From IMG/VR virus record IMGVR_UViG_3300033066_001794: a DNA stretch of 57,530 nt, one strand, 5' to 3'. The notes under the pieces were generated by a model that saw only the letters and a program-made list of their open reading frames with translations, was not told the DNA's origin and did no database searches. The translations under genes were made by a program, and so were the position numbers. Shown here piece by piece: positions 13,110 to 24,953 of this stretch. Position 1 is the stretch's first letter. Every line of letters starts with the position of its first letter. Source of the stretch: an uncultured virus (IMG/VR IMGVR_UViG_3300033066_001794) (Duplodnaviria > Heunggongvirae > Uroviricota > Caudoviricetes).

Positions 13110-16100
13110 TTAACATTTTACAGGTCTGATTCCGCCTCTAATAGGACTCATTGGGATTACATTTGGTTGGAATTTTTTCACCCAAACAGTTCCATAATTT
13201 ATTGTTTCGGAGCGGTAGCCATCTAATTTCTTTTGCTTTAAAATCGGGCAATCGCATGGCGGCTCGTCTAATCCATCAAGTATGCAGAACATATTATCTA
13301 CTTTGTCTTCACCCGCATATCTTTGGCATTTCCTCATATCTTCATCGTTGAACATCCATTTGCACCCTGAGTATTCTATCACGGGATAACCTTCTGAATC
13401 TGCAATTTCGAGAGCCTTTTTCTTAAATCCTGTATTACATGCAGGATAGCTAAAAAACTCTTTTAAAGCCTCTTCTAGTGACTCTGCCTGAATATCCATT
13501 CTATGTGGTGTGCTTACTCCTATCAAGTGCCTTGAAACTTCTTCTTCAGTAGGTAATTTCCCCTTTTCGTGTTCAACATAAACTCCAATTCCATTAACAT
13601 TAAAAATAGTTGTTTCTCTAGGGAATTTATTTCCTATGCTAGTTGTTCTCTCTATGAATGGAATTTGATAATTTTTTAAAATAGTTTTATTTTCCATCAT
13701 TCAATATTTTGCTTATTTGATTTACCTGTTCATCACTCAAATCCTTCATCTTATCAATAGTGAAATTTAATTTACTTCTGTTGTATCTTCTCTCTGCTTC
13801 GTTCCAAGCTCTAATCATTGAAGTTTTGGAGTCAATAAATTCATCATCTTTTGCTTCAATTTCTACAACAACAAAATTACCTAACTTATTTAATTCTAAG
13901 TTTAAGTACATTCCAACATTTGCAGAATAATTGCCGATAACTTTTGAAACATGATTTTTGTTTAAACATGTTCCTTTGTACGATAGTTTATCTTCGATTA
14001 TCTCAAAAACAGGATAGAAGCATCGTTTAGCTCCTCTATTTTCTTTGCCTTCTTTTTTCATTAATCAGTAATTTTAATTTTTAATACTTTGTCAGTTTGC
14101 TCATAAACATTTCCATGATGTTTACACTTGCCATTCTTCCCGTTATTTGGGATATACTTATCGCAAGACTTTCCGCATCCTTCTCCTGATTCTCCTACTT
14201 GTAAAAATTCTTTGCAGAAGAAAAAGCCTGTTCCATATTCAACCTTAGCTTCAAAAACATCCATTTCTTTAATACCATTTTCTTCCATGTATTTTATGTG
14301 TACACCTAAAGTATGGCAAAACTCGTCATTTTTTCTAAAAAATAATCTTTCACGCATTTTAATTTCCTTTATTAATAACAAATAAATATTTACATTTTTT
14401 ACCAAGTGAAACAGAAACCATTTCTTTGTTATCTTTCCAAAATATTGGAGTAACTTCAATTTTACTACAGGGAACTTGCTTTGAAACAAAATACTTTATT
14501 TCAAACTTTAATAAGTTAGCATTAATTTTTCCATTCATCTTGGGAATATTAACACAATAAACCATTTTATAACCCTTCTGTTTTTCAGTCGTTAGTGCTT
14601 CTATAACCATTGTTTATTATATTTATTAGCTTGGTGATGTTCGAACTTACCTCAATAAATTCTATTGATAATTTTTCAATTGCCTTATCAATAACTTCTT
14701 TTTTCTTTTGTTCAAGTTCAGACTCTAAACAATGAGTTCCTAAAACACCTGTTCGTCCGCTAAAATAAAATTCATTAATCCATTCTCTTTCCTTTATTGG
14801 TTTAACAGACAAATTAAATTCTTTTGTTATTTCCACTTCGAAACATTTTTCTGAATGTATATTATCCATAGACTATAGTTCTTTTAAGTTAAAATCAGTT
14901 TTTGAATGAAGTTTACCTTCTTGAGTAAAAAACTCAATGATTTTATTTTGATAATCTATATTATAATTTATTATAATTCCCTCTTTTCTATGTTCCTGTC
15001 TATATATTTTGGCTGCAATGTTAGCTATGTCGGAATCAAATACATTGTCAATTCCTTTTCCTAATTTATAGGATACAAATAAAAATATTACAATTAATAA
15101 TATAGCAATCATTATCTTTTCCATACTCTTTAATATTGGTTTGTTTATTTAATGTATTTCCAAGCAACTATTCCTTTTAAATAAGGAGCTTTTGGGTGTC
15201 TTGTTTCGTAAAAATCCTCTTCATCACCTCCGATTTCGGCTAATATGTGATTGCCATCATCATCTTTCACGATAACCTGAGTGTGTAGTGGTGGTAAATA
15301 ATTTTCTACACTAATCCACTCTATTTCTTGCATTAGCTTATCAACTTGCTCCTGTAACAAATCCGCTCTCGTAGTTTCAGTGTAATGAAGGTCTTTAAAT
15401 TTTTCTAAGTTATCCCAATCTTCAGAGGTTCTTCCTGTATCGAAATATTTTTTGCCCACTCTTCCATATAGTTTGCCTTTGTATTCCATTATATGTTGTT
15501 TTTAAGATTTTTAATTTCCTCTTTTAACTTTTCTATTTCTTCGTCTTTTTTATCAATTTCATGCTGCCTGTACATAAATCCTTCTACGAAAGAAAATCTA
15601 CTCTTGATATACAAAACATTTTTAAGCATGTGCATATTACAAGCATCATCTAGTTTCTCTTTGAATCTTTCTGCTTTTTCTTCTTCTCTTTTCATTTGTT
15701 TCTAAATTTTTTCATGTAAAAATAATGTTCCATTTCCATGAAGTGAACCATGTTTCCTGTTGCAAAATATTTAATCCAATGTATAAATATTCGGCTATAT
15801 CTTATCCACTTTGTTTTCAATTGAATCTCTTTAGTATTAATTCTTGAACACGAACAATAGAAAGTTTAACTTCTTCTATTCTCCATTTAATTTCCTCTGT
15901 CTGCTCTTGTTCTTCGAGATATTTTAACCTCTCCTGAAGCTCCTTATAAAGTACTTTCATTTAACTTAATTTGATTTTTGATAACCTTTCAAGAATAGCA
16001 TTTGTATAGTCAACAAAATGTTCTTCGTCATGCTTGTCTTCATTAACAATAAATCCATCCTTTTCATTATAAGGCTTTTCTTCTAAGTAATTTGGAGTCA

Positions 16101-17814
16101 TTTCATCGTTTATGACATCTTTGTAATCAATACAAGCGGTGAATTCGCAAATAATGCTCATGTCTTTCCCATTCTTATCAAATCTCCAATTGACTTGCAT
16201 TTTCTCATCAATAGAATCATTTTTCTCAAATATAATTCTAGTGGCATTTATTAATCCTTTTAAATAATTCTCGTTTAATGATTGCATAAATTTTTATTTA
16301 CCTTCTTTTACTATAGCGTTAATACCTAAAATATCACCTGATGTTGCTCCTTCGGGAATATCTTTTTTTGAGCGAACGTTTATTTCCAATTCGCCAATTT
16401 GTTCATATCCATTTTTATTTAAGTGCTTTTTGATTATTTCACGTACATCACTTTCGCTCAAAAATATATTTGTAGTTTTTTTCATTTTTATAATTTATTA
16501 ATTAATTCATGTAGATTATTTTTAATACATTCTGATTCTACTTTTATAGCACCGCTCAGACTTAAAATTGATAATGAGTAATTCCATCTTTCAGAATTAG
16601 TTGTATTATCTACATTTTCAACTAATGTTTCCTTAATAAAATTAAATAATTCAGATGACGTAAAAGGTTTACTTAGTTCACCATTCCTAGATATATTATC
16701 TTGTTTGGAGTTAATTACTATTGCATATCTTTTTTGTGTAGGAAAGTGAATTATATTTCCGTATTCAACTCCGCCAAAGGTCAAATTTGGATGTCTAAAA
16801 GAACCACCTTTATTATTTGTGTACAAATAGAATTTATAAAAATCTCCATTATCTCCATTCCAAAATTTTAGAGGGAAATTTAATTCCAATCCTGATTGCT
16901 TATGTTTTAATAATTTTGCCATAAATTTATTCAATATCATTAATTATTCAGGAAACAACTCATAGCTTCCATCTTTCTTATTTATTTTCATTACCCCACG
17001 CTTTGATTTGTCATCATCAAAACTATTTTTTAAGAATATAAAATCTGCACTTTCTACTGATTCGTAGGCTTGGCAATATAACGCACCTGTTTCAATGTTG
17101 TAATATCTTTTATTAAAAGAAAAAATACAACTATTTTTAACCAAGTATGGATAGTCTATGCCTTTATGTTCATACTTTTCAACTCCGTTTTTGTCTATTA
17201 TGACCCATCTTTGTTTAAGGTGTTTTCTTTGTAATTCTAATTCTTTCTTACTTTTATTTGGGTAACATCTTTTAATGAAATCAAAATCATATATGTCTTC
17301 AACATACTTAATTAGCATGAAATAATTATCTTTTTCTAAATTTGGTTTACCTAATCCGCCTACACGATATAGGTTATTACTGATTAATTGTCCATTTTTT
17401 GTTAAACAAATAAAATCATTTAAGTCAATATTCCAATTTTTAGCATATTCTTCGTTAACAGTTATTTTACAAAACTGTAATCCGCTATCAGTATTCTTCT
17501 GAATTATTTCGTTAGATGGGTTTAATATTTTTAATACTTCCATGTCTTAGTATTTAAGATAATTAATTTATCAAAGAAAGTGCAACCATATTCTCATCAG
17601 TCATTTTATTTCTTTCTTCTCCTGATGGAGTTTGTAGTATTAAAAGTTCTAATCTCTTTTGAAGAATTATTATTGACTCTAAAATTTCAGGAACTTTATT
17701 TACTTTTACAGCCTCAAAAAATCCTTTAGCATAAGCCAAATCTGTATCTGAAATAATTGTATTGTTTTCACTTGCCATTTTTTCGGCATATTCCATTGTG
17801 TATTTATTTTCCAT
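13110..17814 (-). CDS. Run of hypothetical genes (13110-13700, 13687-14061, 14359-14610, 14585-14869, 14873-15124, 15489-15695, 15961-16287, 16294-16485, 16488-16940, 16944-17543, 17563-17814)
   Basis: Tiled or overlapping stop-start ORFs; no motif recognised. Confidence 0.65.
14061..14357 (-). CDS. Small Cys-rich putative Zn-binding protein
   Basis: Start at MRERLFF (14357); FFFCKEF...CGKSC...GKCKHH. Confidence 0.55.
   Translation of the reverse strand: MRERLFFRKNDEFCHTLGVHIKYMEENGIKEMDVFEAKVEYGTGFFFCKEFLQVGESGEGCGKSCDKYIPNNGKNGKCKHHGNVYEQTDKVLKIKITD
15145..15489 (-). CDS. DUF551-like domain protein
   Basis: EWISVENYLP...IVAWKY at C-terminus. Confidence 0.6.
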   Translation of the reverse strand: MEYKGKLYGRVGKKYFDTGRTSEDWDNLEKFKDLHYTETTRADLLQEQVDKLMQEIEWISVENYLPPLHTQVIVKDDDGNHILAEIGGDEEDFYETRHPKAPYLKGIVAWKYIK

Positions 17815-17988
17815 TTTATTTTTGTTTTATGATTTTTACTGATTTTGAGTCACATCCTACAGAACCTAATATTCTTGAAGATATTGCACATTGTTTAGCT
17901 TTTTTAATAGCATCTTTTCGTTCCGACTTTTTTGTGTAGTTTATTACAACTTTTACTTGTAAATATATTGTTTCTTCCATGTTAAATG

Positions 17989-18336
17989 TTACTTGTTTTG
18001 TTGGTTAATGTTTCTTGTTTGTATAATTTTTCCTAATGATATTACAAATACTTGATGACCTAATTTATCGGATAATCCTAATTTAGTTAATCCAATTTTT
18101 ACACCATTATATTCGACTAACATGGTAGGAGCATTTTTAGCATAACCATTTTTAAACTCAATTGCATTATACCATTTATCTTGGTCATTAAAAACAAAAG
18201 GTTTTTCTTTATCCAAATCGTACTCTAATAACCTCTTTTCCCAAAAAGGTTTAATTTCACGATACTCCTCCTTTTTTTCTCCCGACAATATCATATCAAA
18301 CCATTTCTTTTTTAGTGTTAAATGCAATACTTTCAT
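17989..18336 (-). CDS. ASCH-domain protein
   Basis: LHLTLKKKWFDMILSGEKKEEYRE (GxKxxExR). Confidence 0.85.
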   Translation of the reverse strand: MKVLHLTLKKKWFDMILSGEKKEEYREIKPFWEKRLLEYDLDKEKPFVFNDQDKWYNAIEFKNGYAKNAPTMLVEYNGVKIGLTKLGLSDKLGHQVFVISLGKIIQTRNINQQNK

Positions 18337-18424
18337 CTCTTTTGTTTTATTGGTTATTTATCTATTACTATTATTGTAATCCATCCTTTTTCTGTAAATA
18401 TTCTTAGTTTTTTCCGTTTCATTT

Positions 18425-19018
18425 TTATTGGCTAATGGGTGGTAATGGTTGCCAGTATTCTATGTATGGATAATGACCTCCTGAATATAACTCCGATTCA
18501 CTATCAATATAATCATTAGTATTAAAATATCGAAATTCGACATTGTCATCAACTCCAAGTATTAAATAAGTAAATTTTTCATCATTTGCTTTTTGCTTAC
18601 AAAGAATAGGAGTATTAATTGGGGGCTTTATATCACTTCTAAAAACACTAATCCATTCCCTCTCCTTCCTCAGCCTTTCAACTTCCTCCTGTAATTGTTT
18701 TACATGTTCTCTGCATCCTTCAAGTTCATGAAATGTTGCATCAACTTCCTTAGTTAACTCGTCACGTTCTTTAATAAGTTTTGTAACTGCAATATTTATT
18801 TCTTCAAGTTCTTTAGCCCTATCAATATCTTTAATTAGATTTTGTTTTAACTGATTAGTTAACTCGTCTATCTCTATATAAGCTAATAATAATTTATCAC
18901 TCAATAAACCATCAGCTTTCTCATTAATTATTTCAATCATTCGAGAATAGGATATTTCACCTAAATTAACCTGTTTTTCTAAGGCTCTCATTTCCGCAAT
19001 CATTAGTAATTTTCTCAT
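18425..19018 (-). CDS. Coiled-coil plus DUF551-like protein
   Basis: Heptad region, then EWISV...P...YWQPLPP. Confidence 0.6.
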   Translation of the reverse strand: MRKLLMIAEMRALEKQVNLGEISYSRMIEIINEKADGLLSDKLLLAYIEIDELTNQLKQNLIKDIDRAKELEEINIAVTKLIKERDELTKEVDATFHELEGCREHVKQLQEEVERLRKEREWISVFRSDIKPPINTPILCKQKANDEKFTYLILGVDDNVEFRYFNTNDYIDSESELYSGGHYPYIEYWQPLPPISQ

Positions 19019-20932
19019 TTTAGTTTTTGTATTATATTATTAAATGCTGTTTCGTATTGATTTTTTGTTGTGGCAAGTAATTTAGTGTTTCCGCTTAATT
19101 TCTTTTTAGCGAAGAACCAATAATATGTACCACGAAAAGATGACATTGCTAATGTATAAACTCCAACATTATGCGGTCTGCCCTTCTTTAACTCTCCGCT
19201 TGTTATTACTATTTGAATACAAGTATTATTTAACCAATCAACTTTAAAATATCTATTTCCCCGATGCGAACTAACTAAATGATAATACTTAATACCAGTT
19301 TCCTCCGCTTTGTTTTTGTTTTCCATAGTTAGTTTATTTAGTTGCTTTGTTAATTGCTGAATTCATTTTGTCTAATGCTGAACGAACAGGAAAATGCCCT
19401 TCAAATTCGCTATCATTGTATAATCGTCTAAGTTGTAATTCACCCTCAATCAAAGCCTCCAACAAGTCATCTCTTTGCTTTTCAATATTTCTAACTTGAA
19501 AAAAAACTTCATTATACATTTCATTATCTGAAACCTGATTAAAAATACTTTTTTGTCTGTTATCAATTACCCATTTTGCTATTTGTTCAGCTTTACTTGT
19601 TTCCATGTTGTTCTTTCTTATTTTTTTAAAGCCTTGTTAATTAATAATCCCATAGTTTCAATAGGAATATCTATTCTTTTAAGAATCCTTTTTGAATTAC
19701 CTTTTGTTACGAAGGTCGCATAAGCAAATAAGTATTTTTGCAACTGATTATCAAAAACACTTACTCTTTCTGTCCTAATGTTAATCATTTTTTTACTATT
19801 TGTATATCGCTAATCCTGATTCTTTCAATGTTTTACCTCCTAATAAATACTGAGGTGTATCATATCCTTTTGTTTGAAGGTATTGATAAATTAAAATAAT
19901 TTTGTTTAATCTAACTTCTGATTTAATTGGGTCTCCATCGAAATATTTCTCGAATGATATTCTTTTTTCGATTCCGTTAACTTTAAAAACTATTTTAGTA
20001 TAGTTATCGTTTCTATAAATCGTTGGGGAGTCTCCCTGACCAAATTCGATTTTAATTATTTCACCTATGTCTTCATCAGATATTTCATGAATGGGCTTCA
20101 GAATCAATTGCGGTTCTAAATCGTACATAATCCTTATTCCTACAAATATATCCAAAATATGTTGATAGGTTAGAGGATATTGCATTGTGTTTCCTGTTGA
20201 AGCATTGCCCCATGTTATGATTGAAGAGCCAACATATTGAGAAAAAATACCTGCCTTTATTTCCTTTGTAATTTCCATGTTACCTGCAATAAAATGTTAC
20301 AACTTCTATGTAATCTACTCCTTCCAAAGGGTTTTTGTATGTTTCTTCAAACAATCGAGAAATGATAGATTCCATATCATCACTTTCATCGTATTGATAA
20401 GCATCTCGTATATCTCTGCTCCACCAACATTCATAGTCATTAGTGAAATATTCTCCTGTTTTTTCGTTTCTTAAAATTAATTTCTTTTTCATGATATTTT
20501 TTAATATTCTAATCCGTTTTTAATTAATCGATAAAGCGAATAGTGCATGGCAAGAATAGGAGTTGCTTTCTCGAAATTTTTATTGAATTTATTTCCGTAG
20601 TGCATTCTTCCGAATCCATCCCTATTAAATGCACATGAATAAGTTTTCGTTTCACGAATCCATTTGTTAGTCGGCTCTTTAGGATTTATTATTTTTAAGT
20701 TTGGGTAAACAGCATACCAAAAAACTTGTTTAGATTGGTCTGATTTTTTAAACTCTTTTCCTTCACCCATAGCTTTTTCCATAGCCTTCATTAAAGCATC
20801 GTAGTTTTCATGGAAATTAATTCGTCCTAGTAAACGATTATCTTTATTTTTCCAATGGTCTATAAGCGCAACTTTCCCTTCTCCATAGAGCCATTCCGCA
20901 ATAGTTAAGTTCATTTTTTTTATGGTTAGCAT
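19015..20932 (-). CDS. Run of hypothetical genes (19015-19326, 19334-19606, 19796-20278, 20280-20492, 20501-20932)
   Basis: Tiled ORFs. Confidence 0.65.
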
Positions 20933-20963
20933 AAATGAGTAAATGTATTACTGAATTAAAATG

Positions 20964-21019
20964 TATTTGACCTACACAAAAATATAACTAATAACAATAA
21001 TAAGCAACAATGTTGCAAA
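20964..21019 (-). promoter_or_regulatory. Minus-strand promoter module
   Basis: Box TTTGCAACA (21019-21011), N26, TATTTTTG (20984-20977), N4, GGTCAAATA (20972-20964). Confidence 0.7.
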
Positions 21020-21035
21020 ATAAATTAACATTGAT

Positions 21036-21149
21036 TATCAATCAGTTGTGTGTTTTGTAGTGGTGTTTTCTCGAATATAGTGCAACATATGTAACATATT
21101 GATGTTACAGATTATCTTTTAAATAAAAGCCTTGTTTTAGCTATATTTA
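21036..21149 (+). promoter_or_regulatory. Plus-island promoter with IHF-consensus site
   Basis: TATCAATCAGTTG (21036-21048) fits WATCARNNNNTTR; inverted repeat TGTAACAT/ATGTTACA (21090-21109); -7 variant TATATTTA (21142-21149). Confidence 0.5.
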
Positions 21150-21172
21150 CAACGGATTAAATTAATAAAAAA

Positions 21173-21379
21173 ATGACTACTTTAAGAACACCAACAAAAT
21201 TACCATACACAGGACAAGGATTTAAGGGAGAGAGGTTTCTTTCTGTTGCTGCTGTTGTCCTAACTGTTGTTTCATCAATTATGCTAATACATCTTACCTC
21301 TTTACAAAGGGAGCATGTTAGAATGCAAATGGCTGATTTGAAAAAGAAAAATGGCAATTCTGAACCTGAAAAAGTTTAA
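21173..21379 (+). CDS. Small single-TM protein
   Basis: FLSVAAVVLTVVSSIMLIHL hydrophobic helix. Confidence 0.65.
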   Translation: MTTLRTPTKLPYTGQGFKGERFLSVAAVVLTVVSSIMLIHLTSLQREHVRMQMADLKKKNGNSEPEKV

Positions 21380-21384
21380 TTGCT

Positions 21385-22236
21385 TTGAAAAATGCTTTTT
21401 ACATATTTTTTATTTTGTTTCTTTTTTCTTGCGTTGGCGGAAAAAGGGATATTAACATTGCAAAAAGTCCCCATTTAGAACACCCTCAAAAAGACACAGC
21501 TAAATTTGCATTTGTAGATAGTTCGCTATTCAACAATAGTAATAACGGAATTACTCCTGATGGTATTGAAACTAACTCGCATAATGTTTTAATAGAAAGT
21601 GCTTACATGAGTGGAAGTGCAATGGATTTTTATCATGGAAATAAAGACTTAAATATAGTTTATGTCAAGAATACAAAAGTAGTTGCAAATAGCAGTAATC
21701 TATCTGAAGGAAGAGTGGTTTATAAGATTCCTGAGAAGATGAAAATTCGTAGTACATATAAAGTGCTTGTTCGAATTTCAAAATCAAAATCTGTAGTTAG
21801 TATTTATGATAGCCTTTCACAAAAAGTTATGACTAGCACTCTTCCTGTTACTCAAACGATGGAAGTTAAGCTTATTGATGTTTCTCCTGCTGATAGAAAA
21901 TGTTTTGAAATAACAGAAGACAATAATGCTGTTCAAATTATTGATGAAGGTGATTCATACACAGAGTGGAGTTGGGATGTTACGCCAATAAAAGTAGGAA
22001 ACTCAAAATTAAAAATTGTTATATCAATAATTCGTGATGGCAACAAAAAAGATGTTGTATATGAGGATTCAGTTGAAGTAGAAAAAGATATTCAAACTCA
22101 AATTAAATTCTTCTTTGAAAGTTATTGGCAATGGATGTTATCTACATTAATTATTCCATTTGCAGTTTGGTTTTATAAAAATAGAAAAGAGAAAAAAGAA
22201 AAGAAAAGTTCAACTAAAAAGAAAACGAAAAAATGA
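21385..22236 (+). CDS. Lipoprotein with beta-rich domain and C-terminal TM
   Basis: Lipobox LFSC; YTEWSWDVTP motif; WQWMLSTLIIPFAVWFY followed by Lys-rich tail; TTG start. Confidence 0.65.
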   Translation: MKNAFYIFFILFLFSCVGGKRDINIAKSPHLEHPQKDTAKFAFVDSSLFNNSNNGITPDGIETNSHNVLIESAYMSGSAMDFYHGNKDLNIVYVKNTKVVANSSNLSEGRVVYKIPEKMKIRSTYKVLVRISKSKSVVSIYDSLSQKVMTSTLPVTQTMEVKLIDVSPADRKCFEITEDNNAVQIIDEGDSYTEWSWDVTPIKVGNSKLKIVISIIRDGNKKDVVYEDSVEVEKDIQTQIKFFFESYWQWMLSTLIIPFAVWFYKNRKEKKEKKSSTKKKTKK

Positions 22237-22403
22237 GCAATAATTACAAATTTTTAATTGGATTAGGTGTAGTGGCAGCAGGTGTTGGAATCTACATGTA
22301 TGTAAGAAAAAAAGATGATTCCCAAAGCAATATTGTTGGGAACAATTATTACGGGCAAAACAAAGGAAAATGGAGAGGAAGAAAAAATATACATAATTCT
22401 TAA
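22233..22403 (+). CDS. Small single-TM protein (56 aa, not in ORF track)
   Basis: MSNNYKFLIGLGVVAAGVGIYMYVRKK...; ATGA overlap with upstream stop. Confidence 0.65.
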   Translation: MSNNYKFLIGLGVVAAGVGIYMYVRKKDDSQSNIVGNNYYGQNKGKWRGRKNIHNS

Positions 22404-22408
22404 AAAAA

Positions 22409-22642
22409 ATGGAAAATAAAACACCACTTCAAAAAGCTTTTAAAGACTATCTAAATAATAGGTATTATTTATGGCAACTAGTAGCACTATCAATTTTAAT
22501 AGTATTTTTTTTTCAAATTAATCAATTCGAAACTACATTTGATATTGTACTGATACTTATTCCAATATTAGGAGCATTATTAACCCCTTTTATTTTTATT
22601 TTCATTTGGGCTAGACAATACAAAAAAGGTACTCGCAAATGA
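22409..22642 (+). CDS. Two-TM membrane protein
   Basis: Two hydrophobic helices, basic C-terminus. Confidence 0.65.
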   Translation: MENKTPLQKAFKDYLNNRYYLWQLVALSILIVFFFQINQFETTFDIVLILIPILGALLTPFIFIFIWARQYKKGTRK

Positions 22643-22899
22643 TTGGAGATAGATATGTATTCGTAGAATTAGGAGATATTCCTGATAAATTTGAACCTAA
22701 AATTGTTTATCATCTTTTTAATGATAAGATTATTGCTTTAATTTGCCATTGTGGATGTGAAGCTTTGATTCAGTTAAATGAATTAGAAGATACTCGTCCT
22801 AGATGGAAAATAATCAACGGAAATACAATTAATCCTTCTATTAATAGAATAGTTGGATGTAAATCTCATTTTTCAATTATAAACGGAATAGTACAATGA
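22639..22899 (+). CDS. DUF6527-family protein
   Basis: CHCGC...W...TINPSI...GCKSHFSIINGIV. Confidence 0.7.
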   Translation: MIGDRYVFVELGDIPDKFEPKIVYHLFNDKIIALICHCGCEALIQLNELEDTRPRWKIINGNTINPSINRIVGCKSHFSIINGIVQ

Positions 22900-23279
22900 T
22901 TTCATTTATTCTGATAGCTTTATCCGCTTTATGCAATTCGCTGATGGATGTTAGTCAGTTCCACTATTCTACTTCTATTTTTACGAAGTTTAATAAGCCC
23001 ATGATATACGATGGAACTATCAGTTGGAAAAACAAATATGTAGACTACGATGGTGGAGACAGAAGAATGAAAAAATGGCTATTTGGATTGTTTAATATTC
23101 CTGCTGCATTTACTGATGCGTGGCATTTTTTTAAATCAACAATGATAGTTCTTTTTGTTTTAGCGATAGTGCTATACAATCCCGTTTTCGGAATGTTAAT
23201 CGATTTCTTTGTTATTGGAGCGATTTGGAATTTAGTGTTCTTGGCTTTCTATAAGAAAATATTGGTTGTAAAAAAATAA
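22896..23279 (+). CDS. Multi-TM membrane protein
   Basis: NSLMD, SWKNKY, FTDAWHFFK motifs between hydrophobic helices. Confidence 0.6.
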   Translation: MISFILIALSALCNSLMDVSQFHYSTSIFTKFNKPMIYDGTISWKNKYVDYDGGDRRMKKWLFGLFNIPAAFTDAWHFFKSTMIVLFVLAIVLYNPVFGMLIDFFVIGAIWNLVFLAFYKKILVVKK

Positions 23280-23347
23280 AATTTAATAGCAATATTACGA
23301 TTCCCACAGCGTAAAGCCCCTTTTCTTCAGATAGGGGATATAAGCTG

Positions 23348-23746
23348 TTATTTATTTTTTTGTTCATCAATATATTTTTTAATTGTTGATTCAGAAATAT
23401 GTCCTATTGTTTCGCAATAATAACTTCTAGTCCACAAAGTTGGTAATCTTGACTTTATTTTTTTAAACTCATTTCTTAGCATATAAGATGTGTATCCCTT
23501 TAGTTGACTTATTATATAAACAGGAGCATCATTCGTAGTTGCTTTTATGAATATGTGTACGTGGTCAGGCATAACTTCCATTTTTTCAATAACCCAACCA
23601 TGTTCATTTGCCTTTTCTATTAGTAATTCTTTTAGTCTATCATCAACACCATCAACTAATACTTTCCTTCTATATTTAGGACACCAAATAAAATGGTATG
23701 CGCAATTATAAACTGCATGTTTTGTTGATTTCCATCTGTTATTCAT
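23348..23746 (-). CDS. tnpA: Y1 HUH transposase
   Basis: YHFIWCPKYRRKVL, DHVH (HUH), LWTRSY, catalytic YIDEQ. Confidence 0.96.
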   Translation of the reverse strand: MNNRWKSTKHAVYNCAYHFIWCPKYRRKVLVDGVDDRLKELLIEKANEHGWVIEKMEVMPDHVHIFIKATTNDAPVYIISQLKGYTSYMLRNEFKKIKSRLPTLWTRSYYCETIGHISESTIKKYIDEQKNK

Positions 23747-23768
23747 TGTTAAAATAATATAAGAGTTG

Positions 23769-23796
23769 CAAATATATAATAAAGTTATTAACTTTG
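23769..23796. promoter_or_regulatory. Divergent -7 boxes for tnpA and tnpB
   Basis: TATATTTG on minus (23776-23769) and TAACTTTG on plus (23789-23796). Confidence 0.6.
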
Positions 23797-23807
23797 TATG
23801 AATAATT

Positions 23808-24953
23808 ATGTTAACCTATAAGAGAAAACTAAAACTAACTAAGGCTCAGGAGGAAAGAATTTCTTCGTGGATTGGTGCGTGTCGTTTGGTTTACAATATG
23901 GGTCTCGAAATTAAAAAAGAAACGTGGAAAAATAAGCAACAAAATGTTTCTGCTTATGATTTAATGAAACAACTTCCTGAAATAAAACATATTGATTGGA
24001 TAGCGGATGTTCCTTCGCAATCCCTTCAAAATTCATTGGAACGCCTTGATAAATCATATAAAAACTTTTTCCGTAATTTTAAATCAGGAGGTGGATTTCC
24101 AAAATTCAAATCAAAAAGAGATTATAAATCCATTCTTTTAAAGTCATCAGAATTAAAACCAAATAATAAAATAAAACTACCTAAGCTTGGAGAAGTATCA
24201 TTTTTCAAAGATAAATCACCGATTGTAGGTAAAATAAAAACAGTACAAATAGTAATTGAACCTACAGGATTTTTCATTTGTATTGTCTGTGATGAAGTTA
24301 GTAAAAACATTTCAAACCCTGACGAAAGCCAAGTCATAGGAATTGATATGGGAGTAGCTAATTTCTGTTCGGACAGCAATGGAAACTTCATCGAAAACCC
24401 TCGCTACTTCAAGAAACATGAAGACAGGCTTCGTATTGAAAACAGGAGTTTAGCGAGAAAAAAAAGAGGGAGTAATCGTTGGAAAAAGCAAGTGAAAAAA
24501 CTATCACTTTTGCATCACAAAATAGCTAACATTAGGAAGGATTTTTTGCATAAAGAATCCACCAAAATGGCTAAAAATTTCCATACTATTTATGTGGAGG
24601 ATTTGAATATTTCGAATATGTCGAAACGTCCAAAACCAAAGCAGGATGAGAATGGTAAGTTTATTCGAAATGGTGCTTCTGCAAAATCGGGCTTAAACAA
24701 ATCAATTCTCGATGCAGGTTGGGGAATGTTTAGGAATATACTCGAATACAAAACAAATGTAGTTCGAGTAGACCCAAAATATACCTCCCAAAAGTGCAAC
24801 GAGTGTGGCGAAAAAGATTCAAAGAATAGGTTATCACAAAGCGAATTTGTTTGTTTAAGTTGCGGTCACATCAGTCATGCTGATACAAATGCAGCAAAAA
24901 ATATTTTGAGCAAGGGCATTGCTCTCAATCGTGAACGTAAGGCATTAGCCTAA
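23808..24953 (+). CDS. tnpB: RNA-guided endonuclease TnpB
   Basis: RuvC-I GIDMG, RuvC-II VEDL, Zn finger CNEC/CLSC, RuvC-III ADTNAAKNI; catalytic D-E-D intact. Confidence 0.96.
   Translation: MLTYKRKLKLTKAQEERISSWIGACRLVYNMGLEIKKETWKNKQQNVSAYDLMKQLPEIKHIDWIADVPSQSLQNSLERLDKSYKNFFRNFKSGGGFPKFKSKRDYKSILLKSSELKPNNKIKLPKLGEVSFFKDKSPIVGKIKTVQIVIEPTGFFICIVCDEVSKNISNPDESQVIGIDMGVANFCSDSNGNFIENPRYFKKHEDRLRIENRSLARKKRGSNRWKKQVKKLSLLHHKIANIRKDFLHKESTKMAKNFHTIYVEDLNISNMSKRPKPKQDENGKFIRNGASAKSGLNKSILDAGWGMFRNILEYKTNVVRVDPKYTSQKCNECGEKDSKNRLSQSEFVCLSCGHISHADTNAAKNILSKGIALNRERKALA

Noticed and set aside
22409..23279. Holin/lysis cassette
   Set aside because: TM proteins are present but no endolysin or spanin pair is recognisable nearby, so a holin call is unsupported.
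23808..24953. TnpB as Cas12f or a domesticated TldR-type regulator
   Set aside because: No CRISPR array; intact tnpA, both IS ends and the RuvC D-E-D triad are present.
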